Shown here: positions 28,091 through 35,637 of the stretch, one piece after another
Position numbering within the stretch: position 1 is the first letter of the stretch
Layout: each line of letters starts with the position of its first letter
Source: a virus
Lineage: Duplodnaviria; Caudoviricetes
DNA length: 39,331 nt
Reading direction: 5' to 3' (one strand)
Virus record (IMG/VR): IMGVR_UViG_3300007764_000003
Span: 1 to 39,331 of that record
Position numbers and translations under genes: made by a program
The notes under the pieces: model-generated
The model's input: the letters and a program-made list of their open reading frames with translations, nothing else
The model's database searches: none
What the model was told of the DNA's origin: nothing

Positions 28091-28341
28091 AGGCGCCTCA
28101 AACCAGGCGAGCTGGGGATGAACGTGCTCTCCCTCTGCTCAAGCGCAAGATCGCCCATGCTGGTCGGCCGCGGGTCCCCCTGCGGTGGGCCGGCACACGG
28201 GATGGATCCCTCGTGCAACTTGCTGCCAAGGTACGCCCACACTCGTTCCTGCATACTGCGGGTCGGGCACTTCCCCAGCCAGCGCTCGAGCGCACTGACG
28301 ATTGTCTGCTCACTCGGTTGCTTCTTCTCGCCTTCTGTCAT
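28087..28341 (-). CDS. Hypothetical protein (84 aa)
   Basis: AAGGA SD; stop coupled to the next gene. Confidence 0.5.
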   Translation of the reverse strand: MTEGEKKQPSEQTIVSALERWLGKCPTRSMQERVWAYLGSKLHEGSIPCAGPPQGDPRPTSMGDLALEQRESTFIPSSPGLRRL

Positions 28342-28723
28342 CGTTGTCCTTCTTTCTGGCTCGCCGCCTAGGCGGCTTACGCCCTGCTCCCGGGTAGTAC
28401 ACCAACGCCCCCTGAAACCCTGCTGCCTCGAGCTGCATCCAAGTGCCGCCCCTCTGGCCCAGCCACACCATGGGCTTGTTGCGGGTGGTGGCGATGCCCT
28501 TGGCGACCTCCACCAGATAGTCGATGGCCTTCTGGCCGGCCTGCCCCTCGAGCCGTGTCACCGGACCCAGCAGGCTGAGGATAGCGCCATCCGGCACGAG
28601 GTAGGCCACTGCATACGGCGCGTCTTCGTCGCCGGCCATCAGACAGCTGTCGGGCTGGCCGCGGATGGGGGCCCACTCCATGACCGCGTCGAGCCGCTCG
28701 CTCGTGGGCGCCAAAAGCCTCAT
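28310..28723 (-). CDS. Hypothetical protein, possibly GNAT-like fold
   Basis: 'GQAGQKAIDYLVEVAK...VWL...LEAAGF' loosely matches GNAT motifs A/B. Confidence 0.4.
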   Translation of the reverse strand: MRLLAPTSERLDAVMEWAPIRGQPDSCLMAGDEDAPYAVAYLVPDGAILSLLGPVTRLEGQAGQKAIDYLVEVAKGIATTRNKPMVWLGQRGGTWMQLEAAGFQGALVYYPGAGRKPPRRRARKKDNDDRRREEATE

Positions 28724-28732
28724 ACTGTCCTC

Positions 28733-28960
28733 ATGGCAGTAACCAGTCGCGAGCTCCGAACTAGGCTCAAGTTGGACGGCTCACGCTTTGCTAAGCTGCG
28801 AACCGAAGCTGGGGCCCAGGCCAGGGCTTCGGGAGTGCTCACCGACGCTGAGGCGAAGGCCATCATCACCCTGTGGGCCTCGCGCAGCGGTGGACGCGGT
28901 AGCGGGGCCAAGAAAAAAGCTCCGGAGGGCACCGCGCCAGACGATTCCCAAGGCGAATGA
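28733..28960 (+). CDS. Small HTH-like DNA-binding protein, antisense to the operon
   Basis: 'TSRELRTRLKLDGSRFAKLR...LTDAEAKAII'; CATACT ends 6 nt before the ATG (possible leaderless transcript). Confidence 0.4.
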   Translation: MAVTSRELRTRLKLDGSRFAKLRTEAGAQARASGVLTDAEAKAIITLWASRSGGRGSGAKKKAPEGTAPDDSQGE

Positions 28961-29081
28961 ACTCCCCGTCCTGCACAAGGGTGGTGTCGAACTTCTGCCA
29001 GACCGTGCCGAGTCCGCCGGGGCGCTGGACGCTCAGAACCTGCTGCTTGCATGTGGGGCATCTCGAAGGCTCCACTACCAC
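28866..29081 (-). CDS. Small Zn-finger-like protein
   Basis: CPTC...HRC; start uncertain (GTG 29075 or 29081). Confidence 0.45.
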   Translation of the reverse strand: MVVEPSRCPTCKQQVLSVQRPGGLGTVWQKFDTTLVQDGEFIRLGNRLARCPPELFSWPRYRVHRCARPTG

Positions 29082-29479
29082 ACCGTGGTCGCGGGATCGG
29101 CCCTGGCGGTCTTGCGATAGCATGCCTTACAGCTTGCGGCTGCGCCATTCCGCCACTCGCTGACAGTCATCCGCTTGACAACGCCACACTCGCACCTGAC
29201 ATCGACGTACTTGCCGCCTTTCGCGCCCTGTCTCACGTAGAGGTATGGGCCGTAGATGAGCGTGTACTTGCCGACCGTCTTGGGCAGCTCGGGGTTCCCG
29301 CCTCTGGCCTGGAACTCGCACAACTCCTTGGCGCCGCGATTGCTGAGGCCATTGTCCTTGTCAACCTTCGATGCCCTGTCCGGCGCGAGGCGCGAGACAG
29401 CGCCAGCCACACCGAGCTGATGGCGGCGCCGGATGCCGTTCACCATCTCCCAATCCGACCAAACGACTTCGTAGTTCAT
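29075..29479 (-). CDS. Hypothetical protein with C-terminal Zn ribbon
   Basis: GAGGTG SD, ATGA coupling; 'RCECG...G...SCKAC'. Confidence 0.6.
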   Translation of the reverse strand: MNYEVVWSDWEMVNGIRRRHQLGVAGAVSRLAPDRASKVDKDNGLSNRGAKELCEFQARGGNPELPKTVGKYTLIYGPYLYVRQGAKGGKYVDVRCECGVVKRMTVSEWRNGAAASCKACYRKTARADPATTVW

Positions 29480-29664
29480 AGCTTCACCTCGCATGTGATC
29501 GCCGGCACACGGAAGTACGTCTCCTTGCCGCAGGCGGAGCACTCGTGCACATAGTTGCCTGGCTCAAACACTTGATGCATCGGCGGGCGGTGGTCGGAAC
29601 TATGACAGATTTCTGGAGGACGCACCCACCCGTTTGGCGTATCCGTCAATCGTCTCGTCGGCAT
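29476..29664 (-). CDS. Small Cys/His protein (62 aa)
   Basis: 'C...DHRPPMH...PG.Y.HECSACG'; coupled at both ends. Confidence 0.6.
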   Translation of the reverse strand: MPTRRLTDTPNGWVRPPEICHSSDHRPPMHQVFEPGNYVHECSACGKETYFRVPAITCEVKL

Positions 29665-30212
29665 CACATCTCTCCCTCCGGCCGCGGCCGCATGAAATGG
29701 TTCTTGGTTTCGCCGCAGTCCACTTCGACGGCGCGCGGGTTCTGCATGATGTAGCGCTTGCGGTCCTTGGCGTTGCCCCACGTGATGGGCTTGCCGTCGC
29801 ACACCCTTACGTCATGCTCGAGCACGTACCGGACGTGCCTGACGAGACGAAGCCACCCCCTCCGGTTCCGCCCGTGCCAAGGCAGGTGAGCATACCAGTG
29901 GCGTGGTTTGCGCCCATCCTCCCGCAGCCACGCTAGCCACGCCCGCCGGTCGGTGCGAGTGCGATCGAACACGCGGTCGCTGTGAGCCCGCATCACTTGG
30001 CGCAGCGTCTGGCCGCGACGCTCTGCACGGTTGCGTAGTGTCTCCGCGATGGCGGCGCACTCCCATTGCGCGGAGAACGTGCCTGCCTCCGACACGCATA
30101 CCTGGGCCAACTCGGGCGCCAAGCCAGGATCCTGCGCACATGCGCCTCGCGCCAACAGCCACAGCAGGCAGGTCAGGCACGCGAGGATGACGTGCATGGC
30201 ATGGCGGTTCAT
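29664..30212 (-). CDS. Secreted SleB/Hydrolase_2-like cell-wall hydrolase
   Basis: Signal peptide (..ARGACA-Q) then 'LAQVCVSEAG...AAIAETLRNR', resembling the SleB catalytic-Glu motif; ATGA-coupled to array B. Confidence 0.55.
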   Translation of the reverse strand: MNRHAMHVILACLTCLLWLLARGACAQDPGLAPELAQVCVSEAGTFSAQWECAAIAETLRNRAERRGQTLRQVMRAHSDRVFDRTRTDRRAWLAWLREDGRKPRHWYAHLPWHGRNRRGWLRLVRHVRYVLEHDVRVCDGKPITWGNAKDRKRYIMQNPRAVEVDCGETKNHFMRPRPEGEM

Positions 30213-30415
30213 AGCGGTCCCCTGACGTGGTACCAGACGCGGTCCCTGATGCGGGCACTGACGCGCCACCAGACGCGGTCACTGACGCGGTCACTGACGC
30301 GGTCATTGACGCGGGCAGTGACGCGCCGCCAGACGTGGTACCTGATGCGGGCCCAGACGCGGGCACTGATGCGGGCACTGACGCGGTCATTGACGCGGTC
30401 AAGTCTCTTCATCAT
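30209..30415 (-). CDS. Arg/Val repeat microprotein B3 (68 aa)
   Basis: SD plus ATGA start; stop is ATGA-coupled to the hydrolase. Confidence 0.75.
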   Translation of the reverse strand: MMKRLDRVNDRVSARISARVWARIRYHVWRRVTARVNDRVSDRVSDRVWWRVSARIRDRVWYHVRGPL

Positions 30416-30594
30416 GGCAGCCTCCTGACGCGGTCCCTGATGCGGGCACTGACGCGGGCCCAGACGCGGGCCCAGACGCGGTCCCTGATGCGGTACCCGA
30501 CGCGGTCACTGACGCGGGCAGTGACGCGGTCACTGACGCGGTCCCAGACGCGGTACCAGACGCGGTACCAGACGCGGTCAAGTCTCTTCATCAT
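30412..30594 (-). CDS. Arg/Val repeat microprotein B2 (60 aa)
   Basis: MMKRLDRV...RVRRLP, coupled at both ends. Confidence 0.75.
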   Translation of the reverse strand: MMKRLDRVWYRVWYRVWDRVSDRVTARVSDRVGYRIRDRVWARVWARVSARIRDRVRRLP

Positions 30595-30746
30595 GGCAGC
30601 CTCCTGACGCGGTCCCTGATGCGGGCACTGACGCGGGCCCAGACGCGGGCCCAGACGCGGGCCCCGACGCGGGCAGTGACGCGGGCCCCGACGCGGGCCC
30701 CGACGCGGGCAGTGACGCGCCGCCAGACGCGGTCAAGTCGCCTCAT
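30591..30746 (-). CDS. Arg/Val repeat microprotein B1 (51 aa)
   Basis: MRRLDRVWRRVTARV...DRVRRLP; ATGA overlap with the VRR-NUC stop. Confidence 0.7.
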   Translation of the reverse strand: MRRLDRVWRRVTARVGARVGARVTARVGARVWARVWARVSARIRDRVRRLP

Positions 30747-31081
30747 GCCATCGCCTTCCGCACGGCGGCCACTGCCGCCTTCACGCTGTCGACCGTGACC
30801 ACCGCGTGTCCAAGATCGAGAGCCTTATCGCGCCACTTCGTCTGCGCCTCTTCGGTGGGCGTCAGTTTGCGGTTACCGCTTGGGATCTTCCCAGGCGCCT
30901 TGACTTCCACCCACAACACGCGCCCACGGGGGAGCACAACGGCCCTGTCAGGCGTGCCGGGCGGGAGGCCCTTCATGCGGCTGCGGAAGCCTCCGGCGTT
31001 CAAGCGCAGCACGATGCAGCGACCACCGGTCGACGCAATGATAGCGGCCTCGATTGCCTTGCTGAGCCTCGTCTCGCTCAC
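30743..31081 (-). CDS. VRR-NUC domain nuclease
   Basis: PD-(D/E)xK pattern 'GTPD...WVEVKAPG...Q..W...GH.V.TV.SV'. Confidence 0.85.
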   Translation of the reverse strand: MSETRLSKAIEAAIIASTGGRCIVLRLNAGGFRSRMKGLPPGTPDRAVVLPRGRVLWVEVKAPGKIPSGNRKLTPTEEAQTKWRDKALDLGHAVVTVDSVKAAVAAVRKAMA

Positions 31082-31368
31082 TTGCTGCCCCTGTACGCCT
31101 TCATGTCCACCACGTTGCCGCGCTCCTGAATCATCCGGTCTACGTCATCCAAGACAGCCGCCTCCATGCGCATGAGTGCATGCCGCAGCTCCATCGCCAG
31201 CACGCGCCGCCCCTGCTGCCGCGCGCTGACGGCGGCGGAGGCGACTGCGCAAAGTAAGCCCGCAGCAAGCTCGATGAGTCGCTGCCCTTGCTCGGTACGC
31301 TTGATGCGATCGGACCGCTTGTCCAGCTCCAACCAGTTGACAGTTTCGCGTGCGAGTTGGTCAGTCAC
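31078..31368 (-). CDS. Hypothetical protein (96 aa)
   Basis: GTGA-coupled at both ends. Confidence 0.55.
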   Translation of the reverse strand: MTDQLARETVNWLELDKRSDRIKRTEQGQRLIELAAGLLCAVASAAVSARQQGRRVLAMELRHALMRMEAAVLDDVDRMIQERGNVVDMKAYRGSK

Positions 31369-31428
31369 CAGTCCCCCAACAGGTAGTGCTCCGGCGATGC
31401 GTACTTGTAGCGCAAGACAGCCTCGTCA

Positions 31429-31671
31429 CTATCGCCTGTCCAGCGCGTGAACAGGCCCGTTTCCTTGTCGCGTACCATCCACCCCGCACATCGGGCATGT
31501 GAGTTTACCGGGGAACAACTCTCGCAACGCATCGAAGGTCTCCTTGGTAGGCATGACGACGTCTCGCTCGAGCTTGCTGATGTGGGAGCAGGAGAGCATC
31601 TCCAGCTCCGCAACGAAGGCGCGGGTGCTGGCGTCGCCTCGACACATGCGCAGCGCTTCTCCGAAGGTCAT
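31429..31671 (-). CDS. XRE/Cro-CI family HTH regulator
   Basis: 'TFGEALR..R...S...F...L..S.SHISKLER....P'; ATGA-coupled start. Confidence 0.7.
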   Translation of the reverse strand: MTFGEALRMCRGDASTRAFVAELEMLSCSHISKLERDVVMPTKETFDALRELFPGKLTCPMCGVDGTRQGNGPVHALDRR

Positions 31672-31757
31672 TTTTGGCTCCCCCACGCCCTCACGAACGC
31701 AACCTCAACCCAGCCAGGGTTGAACTCCGTCTCGTCGTCGCCCCAGTCGTCGTTCAT
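31668..31757 (-). CDS. 29-aa acidic mini-protein
   Basis: MNDDWGDDETEFNPGW...; ATGA overlaps at both ends. Confidence 0.4.
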   Translation of the reverse strand: MNDDWGDDETEFNPGWVEVAFVRAWGSQK

Positions 31758-32026
31758 CGTCGAGCCCCGCACTGGAACTCGATCTCCCGCGCGATGCGCT
31801 GGGCCAGCCCGTCCTCGCCCTCCCGCAGCACCAGGCACACGTACTTCCACACCCGCACGTGCATCATCACGATGGGCTCGCGCCTCGGAGCTGCACTCCA
31901 ATCGGTCTCCCCCGGCCGGTCAGGCTTGAGGGAGCGAACTCGGTCGGCCATGTGACCCACCAGCGCCCTCTCCCTCGCCACCTCGGCGTCGATCTGCTCC
32001 CGCGTCATCGTCATCTTCTTCTTCAT
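31754..32026 (-). CDS. Hypothetical protein (90 aa)
   Basis: Helical, coupled to the next ORF. Confidence 0.5.
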   Translation of the reverse strand: MKKKMTMTREQIDAEVARERALVGHMADRVRSLKPDRPGETDWSAAPRREPIVMMHVRVWKYVCLVLREGEDGLAQRIAREIEFQCGARR

Positions 32027-32139
32027 TACCGGTCCGTCCCAGAAATACTACCGGCCCCCTGGCGCGCGACCGACAAGGGGGGGGTAAGCGGCGCGCGCCA
32101 GAGAGCCGTAAACGTGTTGTACCATGACTCACGCGGGTG

Positions 32140-32607
32140 TCAAACCCATTTCCACGTCCGGACCCGGCGGGCCCCTTTGAATTTGAACCCTGTGCACTGC
32201 GCGCCCCTCAGCCCGCCCTTTCCGTCTGGGAGCAGCCTGTACCCCCCTATGGGCGGAGGCGGGAGTTCTTCGCCAGCGGGCGGGAGGACCTCTCCGACGA
32301 TTTGGGCAGCGCAGGATTTGCACAGGCGGAGGCCGGGGAGACGTGGGCGCTCCCAGCAGCCGGGGCAGACGGTGGTGTCGCGCTCGCGGGCGGGCCCTGG
32401 AGCCGGCTCCCGCTCGAGCGGTTGGTGGGCGGTCTTGGTGGCTGGCAGGGCCCGTTGGCCAGGGAGGCCTTTGCGGCGTCTCACAAGACGAGCCCTGCAG
32501 AATCGAACCGGCGTCGCATGCGTCGCAGCATAACACGCATCGAGGTTCTTGACAGGCGGGGGCGGGGTGATGCAGGTTGGTCGGCGTGAAGCAACACAGG
32601 CATGCAT
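32140..32607 (-). CDS. Hypothetical Cys-containing protein; frame and start uncertain
   Basis: CPGC...CKSC in the C-terminal half; competing frames overlap it. Confidence 0.3.
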   Translation of the reverse strand: MHACVASRRPTCITPPPPVKNLDACYAATHATPVRFCRARLVRRRKGLPGQRALPATKTAHQPLEREPAPGPARERDTTVCPGCWERPRLPGLRLCKSCAAQIVGEVLPPAGEELPPPPIGGYRLLPDGKGGLRGAQCTGFKFKGARRVRTWKWV

Positions 32608-32965
32608 CTATCCGAGGCATGGGGCGCGAGTCCGGGGCGAAGCGACGCGACCGGGCAGACGGGTAACCGGACCCTGGGCGGAGCACCTATCCTCTACCGG
32701 CCGCGAAGTTTGCGGCACCCCTTGGCACGTTTTTGGCTAGGGGGGGTAGGGGGGGTTCGCTCGGCTCTGGGCTCCGGGAGGGGGGACTGGGGGATGGGCT
32801 TGGACGGAGGCGGGGCGCTGGACGGATAGGGGAGGCTGGCTTGGGGTGGGCCTTGACGATGTGTGCCAAAGAGGTCAGGCTCTGGGCTGCCTGTTGATTC
32901 ACACTGGCCAGGGCAAGGCCCGGCGGAGCCCTCCATCGTCACGCTACGTTGGGGGGCTTTGTCGT

Positions 32966-33121
32966 TCAGATGTTGCTGACGATGTTTGCGTCGGAGTAGA
33001 AATCCTCGGCGCTCACGATGCTGTCCAGCTCGTCCAGGATGGCGTTGTCGAGCAGGCACGAGCCCAACACCTCGCGCTCGGCCCGCAGGTCGTTCGGTGG
33101 GACGCGGGAGGCTTGCGTCAT
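32966..33121 (-). pseudogene. Truncated DnaB helicase N-terminal fragment (51 aa)
   Basis: 'RVPPNDLRAEREVLGSCLLDN...IVSAEDFYSDAN' matches the start of the DnaB N-terminal domain, then stops. Confidence 0.7.
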
Positions 33122-33819
33122 GGGCGGGCCTCGAACAGCTCGTCCTGCACGCGCTCGAAAACTGTGACTGCGCGGATCGGAAATCCAAAGCCCGTAGACA
33201 GGCCGAGCACGCGTACCAGGTGGCACGCCGGCGGGGGCATCGGCACCAGGTAGTGCACGATGGCGATCCGCCCGCAGGGCCGAACCACGCGCGCCGCCTC
33301 CCGCAATAGGTGGCTGGGACGCGGGTATTCGACACCGTAGATGTCCTGGGCGTACTGCGGCGTGTAGGGCGGGTCGAGCATGACAGCCGCCATCGATGCG
33401 TCGGGGAATGGCAACTCCCGACCGTCGGCGATGACGTCGGGCTTCGCCTCGATGCGAGCGTCGACGCGCAGCCCCTCGCCCGGAAGCAGAGACCCGGAGC
33501 ACACATGCAAGACGTCAGATCGCTTGCATCGCAGCCACGGCAAGACCTTGCCGATCAGGGCCGTTGGGTACTGGCCAAAGACGGCTTCAGGCAGGTCCTC
33601 GGGGTCGTTGAGGTCCTCGTAGAGCGCACAGATGACGGGTGGGCTTGGTTTCCGGCCATCTCGCGGGCGACGTGCTGGCATCCCGTTGCGGACGTTTCCG
33701 CCACGCTGGTGCATGACACGCTCAACCCCATCGGGGTCACGGCTACGGCTGCCGTGCAGGCTCGCCTTCGGGCGCGACCGCACGCGGCGTTCGGTGCCAT
33801 CTGGGTCTGGCCTGCTCAA
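33118..33819 (-). CDS. Amino-group (N6A/N4C) methyltransferase-like protein
   Basis: 'VLHVCSG', 'PDVIADGRELPFPDAS', DPPY and 'LREAARVVRP.G'; start is TTG 33819 (GAGGA SD, TTGA overlap) or ATG 33714. Confidence 0.75.
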   Translation of the reverse strand: MSRPDPDGTERRVRSRPKASLHGSRSRDPDGVERVMHQRGGNVRNGMPARRPRDGRKPSPPVICALYEDLNDPEDLPEAVFGQYPTALIGKVLPWLRCKRSDVLHVCSGSLLPGEGLRVDARIEAKPDVIADGRELPFPDASMAAVMLDPPYTPQYAQDIYGVEYPRPSHLLREAARVVRPCGRIAIVHYLVPMPPPACHLVRVLGLSTGFGFPIRAVTVFERVQDELFEARP

Positions 33820-34010
33820 TTCACGTCCTCGGTGACCGCGGCCTTCACCACCACCCCGACCAGCTCGTCGAGCTGTCGCGCGATCTCGTCGGACACCCGG
33901 TTCTCCATCGCGAACTGCGACGTGATCGTGATGTCGCCCGCGACGCTGACGCGCATGACCTGCGTGCTCGGGTCCCACGTCTGTCCTTGGATCTCGAACT
34001 TCCCTGGCAT
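33816..34010 (-). CDS. Hypothetical protein (64 aa)
   Basis: GGAGG SD, TGATG coupling. Confidence 0.55.
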   Translation of the reverse strand: MPGKFEIQGQTWDPSTQVMRVSVAGDITITSQFAMENRVSDEIARQLDELVGVVVKAAVTEDVN

Positions 34011-34306
34011 CACTTCCCTCCGATGGTCTTGCGAAGATGCCGCGCCACCTCGACGCGGTCGTAGATGCGGAGCACCTCGGGCAGCAGCTCCTTGGCATCG
34101 GACAGCCGATCGAACCGGCCGTGGGCGCGCTCCGACGTGTGTCCCAACCCATTGACGCGATCGATTGTCCACACCCACTCGCGGCGTTGGAGCGAGGGCG
34201 CCACGGTGACGCGGCACTTGACCCCGCGCATGCGCCACACCCGGGGCTTGTGCTGCTCCCAAACCCACGTGACGTCAGTCCATTGAATTCCCGTCTTGTC
34301 TGCCAT
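34010..34306 (-). CDS. Hypothetical protein starting with a DUF5131 (Gp37Gp68)-like N-terminus
   Basis: 'MADKTGIQWTDVTW' followed by unrelated sequence; GGAG SD. Confidence 0.55.
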   Translation of the reverse strand: MADKTGIQWTDVTWVWEQHKPRVWRMRGVKCRVTVAPSLQRREWVWTIDRVNGLGHTSERAHGRFDRLSDAKELLPEVLRIYDRVEVARHLRKTIGGK

Positions 34307-34369
34307 TACGAATACCGCTCCCAACGCGCGCACTACATCGCGTCGACACTGAGGAATTTCCCGATCCGC

Positions 34370-35080
34370 TCACTCGCAGGCATGCTGCACCTCGCTACCG
34401 TGCCGGCGACGGCAGATTGAACATTCTGGGTGCTGCATATATGGCACCAGCATGCGCGATACCTGTTCCTTGGCCTCTCTCATCCCTTCTCCGAACGAGT
34501 CAGCCCGCAGACGCGGGCACAGCGCCTCACCGTAGGTGGTTGTCCAGGTCCACAGGCGGCCCAACATGTCTTCGAGGTGCTGGGGCAACGGCAGCTGACG
34601 AAACAATGCCGTTTGCCGCGCCCCCGCCTCCAGTGACTCGCATCGATCGATCAACCACTGCACGTCAGCGTGGCTGTAGACGTTGATTCCAGTCCGCTGC
34701 GCTTCTGCGGCACCGGCCTTGATCTCGGCGAAGCGCTCGTTAGGGCGCACCCGCTTGAACTCGATCCGCGTCACCACCGTGTTGGGTCGGCACGAATGCG
34801 TGCGGCAGAAGAACTCGACGAACCACGCGGGCGACTTCCCCGGGAAGCCCTCGCGGGTAACGTCGTCGGCCGTGATCGCGTCGAGACGTTCGAGCCTGAC
34901 GTTGAGTGCGTCGAAGGGCCCAAGCTCCACTTGCTGCTCGCCCTTCTTCAGTCCCATGCCTTTGCGAATGCCCATGACGCGCTCGCCGGGCTTGAGCGTC
35001 TTCCAGCCGGTGCGCCTCGTCACCGTCTTGGAGCCGTCGAGGTACTGGGGCTCAGTCAAGGCGAAGGACATGCGTCTCAT
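34370..35080 (-). CDS. ASCH-domain protein with C-terminal extension
   Basis: 'MSF.LT.PQ.LDGSKTVTRR.GW..LKPG...VRLERLDAIT..DV.REGFP...F..FF...VTRIEF'. Confidence 0.8.
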   Translation of the reverse strand: MRRMSFALTEPQYLDGSKTVTRRTGWKTLKPGERVMGIRKGMGLKKGEQQVELGPFDALNVRLERLDAITADDVTREGFPGKSPAWFVEFFCRTHSCRPNTVVTRIEFKRVRPNERFAEIKAGAAEAQRTGINVYSHADVQWLIDRCESLEAGARQTALFRQLPLPQHLEDMLGRLWTWTTTYGEALCPRLRADSFGEGMREAKEQVSRMLVPYMQHPECSICRRRHGSEVQHACE

Positions 35081-35214
35081 GACGCGTACTCCAGTCCCTT
35101 GGCGAGCTCGCCCCATGTGCGCCAGAGGTTGTAGCGGTAGCCCCCACACTCCGACAGCACTGCGCCGGAGGTCGGCGTGGGAAGACCGAATAAGGTGCTC
35201 TGCGCCTCAGGCAT
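35077..35214 (-). pseudogene. DUF1643-like N-terminal fragment (45 aa)
   Basis: Hand translation MPEAQSTLFGLPTPTSGAVLSECGGYRYNLWRTWGELAKGLEYAS*; ATGA-coupled to the ASCH gene. Confidence 0.55.
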
Positions 35215-35401
35215 CGTGCGTCTCCACATAACCGTGCTCATCCCACTCGATGATCACGCATCCAAACGCTTGGCACATCACGGTATCCCGCGCGCTCTCT
35301 TGTGCAGCCTCAAGGGTATCGAAGCGGGCCGACTCTCCGGTCTCGTCAACCAGAAAGATTGGCTCGGCACGACCCGACATGACGAAGAATTGACTAGCCA
35401 C
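35207..35401 (-). CDS. Hypothetical acidic protein (64 aa)
   Basis: GGAG SD plus GTG start; overlaps its neighbours by 8 nt. Confidence 0.5.
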   Translation of the reverse strand: MASQFFVMSGRAEPIFLVDETGESARFDTLEAAQESARDTVMCQAFGCVIIEWDEHGYVETHDA

Positions 35402-35600
35402 GCCCCGCTCCCTTCCCCTGCACCGCCACCAATCCACCCCGTACCGCACGTTCGACCGCGTACGACACGCCGCAGCTACGGCACACGATCTTTGCGGCGC
35501 CGACACTCGTGCGGGTAGCGGACTGGCACTTGGGATCCGGGCACAGCACGAGGGTGGTGGTGTTGGCGGGGAGGGTGGTCATGGCGTGTAAGCGGTTCAT
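35394..35600 (-). CDS. Small Zn-ribbon protein, first gene of the leftward unit
   Basis: CPDPKC...CRSCG. Confidence 0.5.
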   Translation of the reverse strand: MNRLHAMTTLPANTTTLVLCPDPKCQSATRTSVGAAKIVCRSCGVSYAVERAVRGGLVAVQGKGAGRG

Positions 35601-35608
35601 CGAGTCAC

Positions 35609-35637
35609 AACGTAACACAGGATGGGACACGGGACAA
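35609..35637 (-). promoter_or_regulatory. Leftward promoter candidate
   Basis: TTGTCC-17 nt-TACGTT with extended -10 TG; predicted start close to ATG 35600. Confidence 0.45.

Larger units (their letters stand above)
30209..30746 (-). repeat. Array B: inverted copy of the 12-nt microgene array
   Basis: Reverse complement of the 29-nt junction at 30400-30428 and 30579-30607. Confidence 0.97.

Noticed and set aside
32129-32902. Programmed TAG readthrough or recoding at 32687-32689
   Set aside because: The two ORFs are in frame, but the joined product has no recognisable domain and TAG is used as a normal stop elsewhere (e.g. MCP, endolysin).
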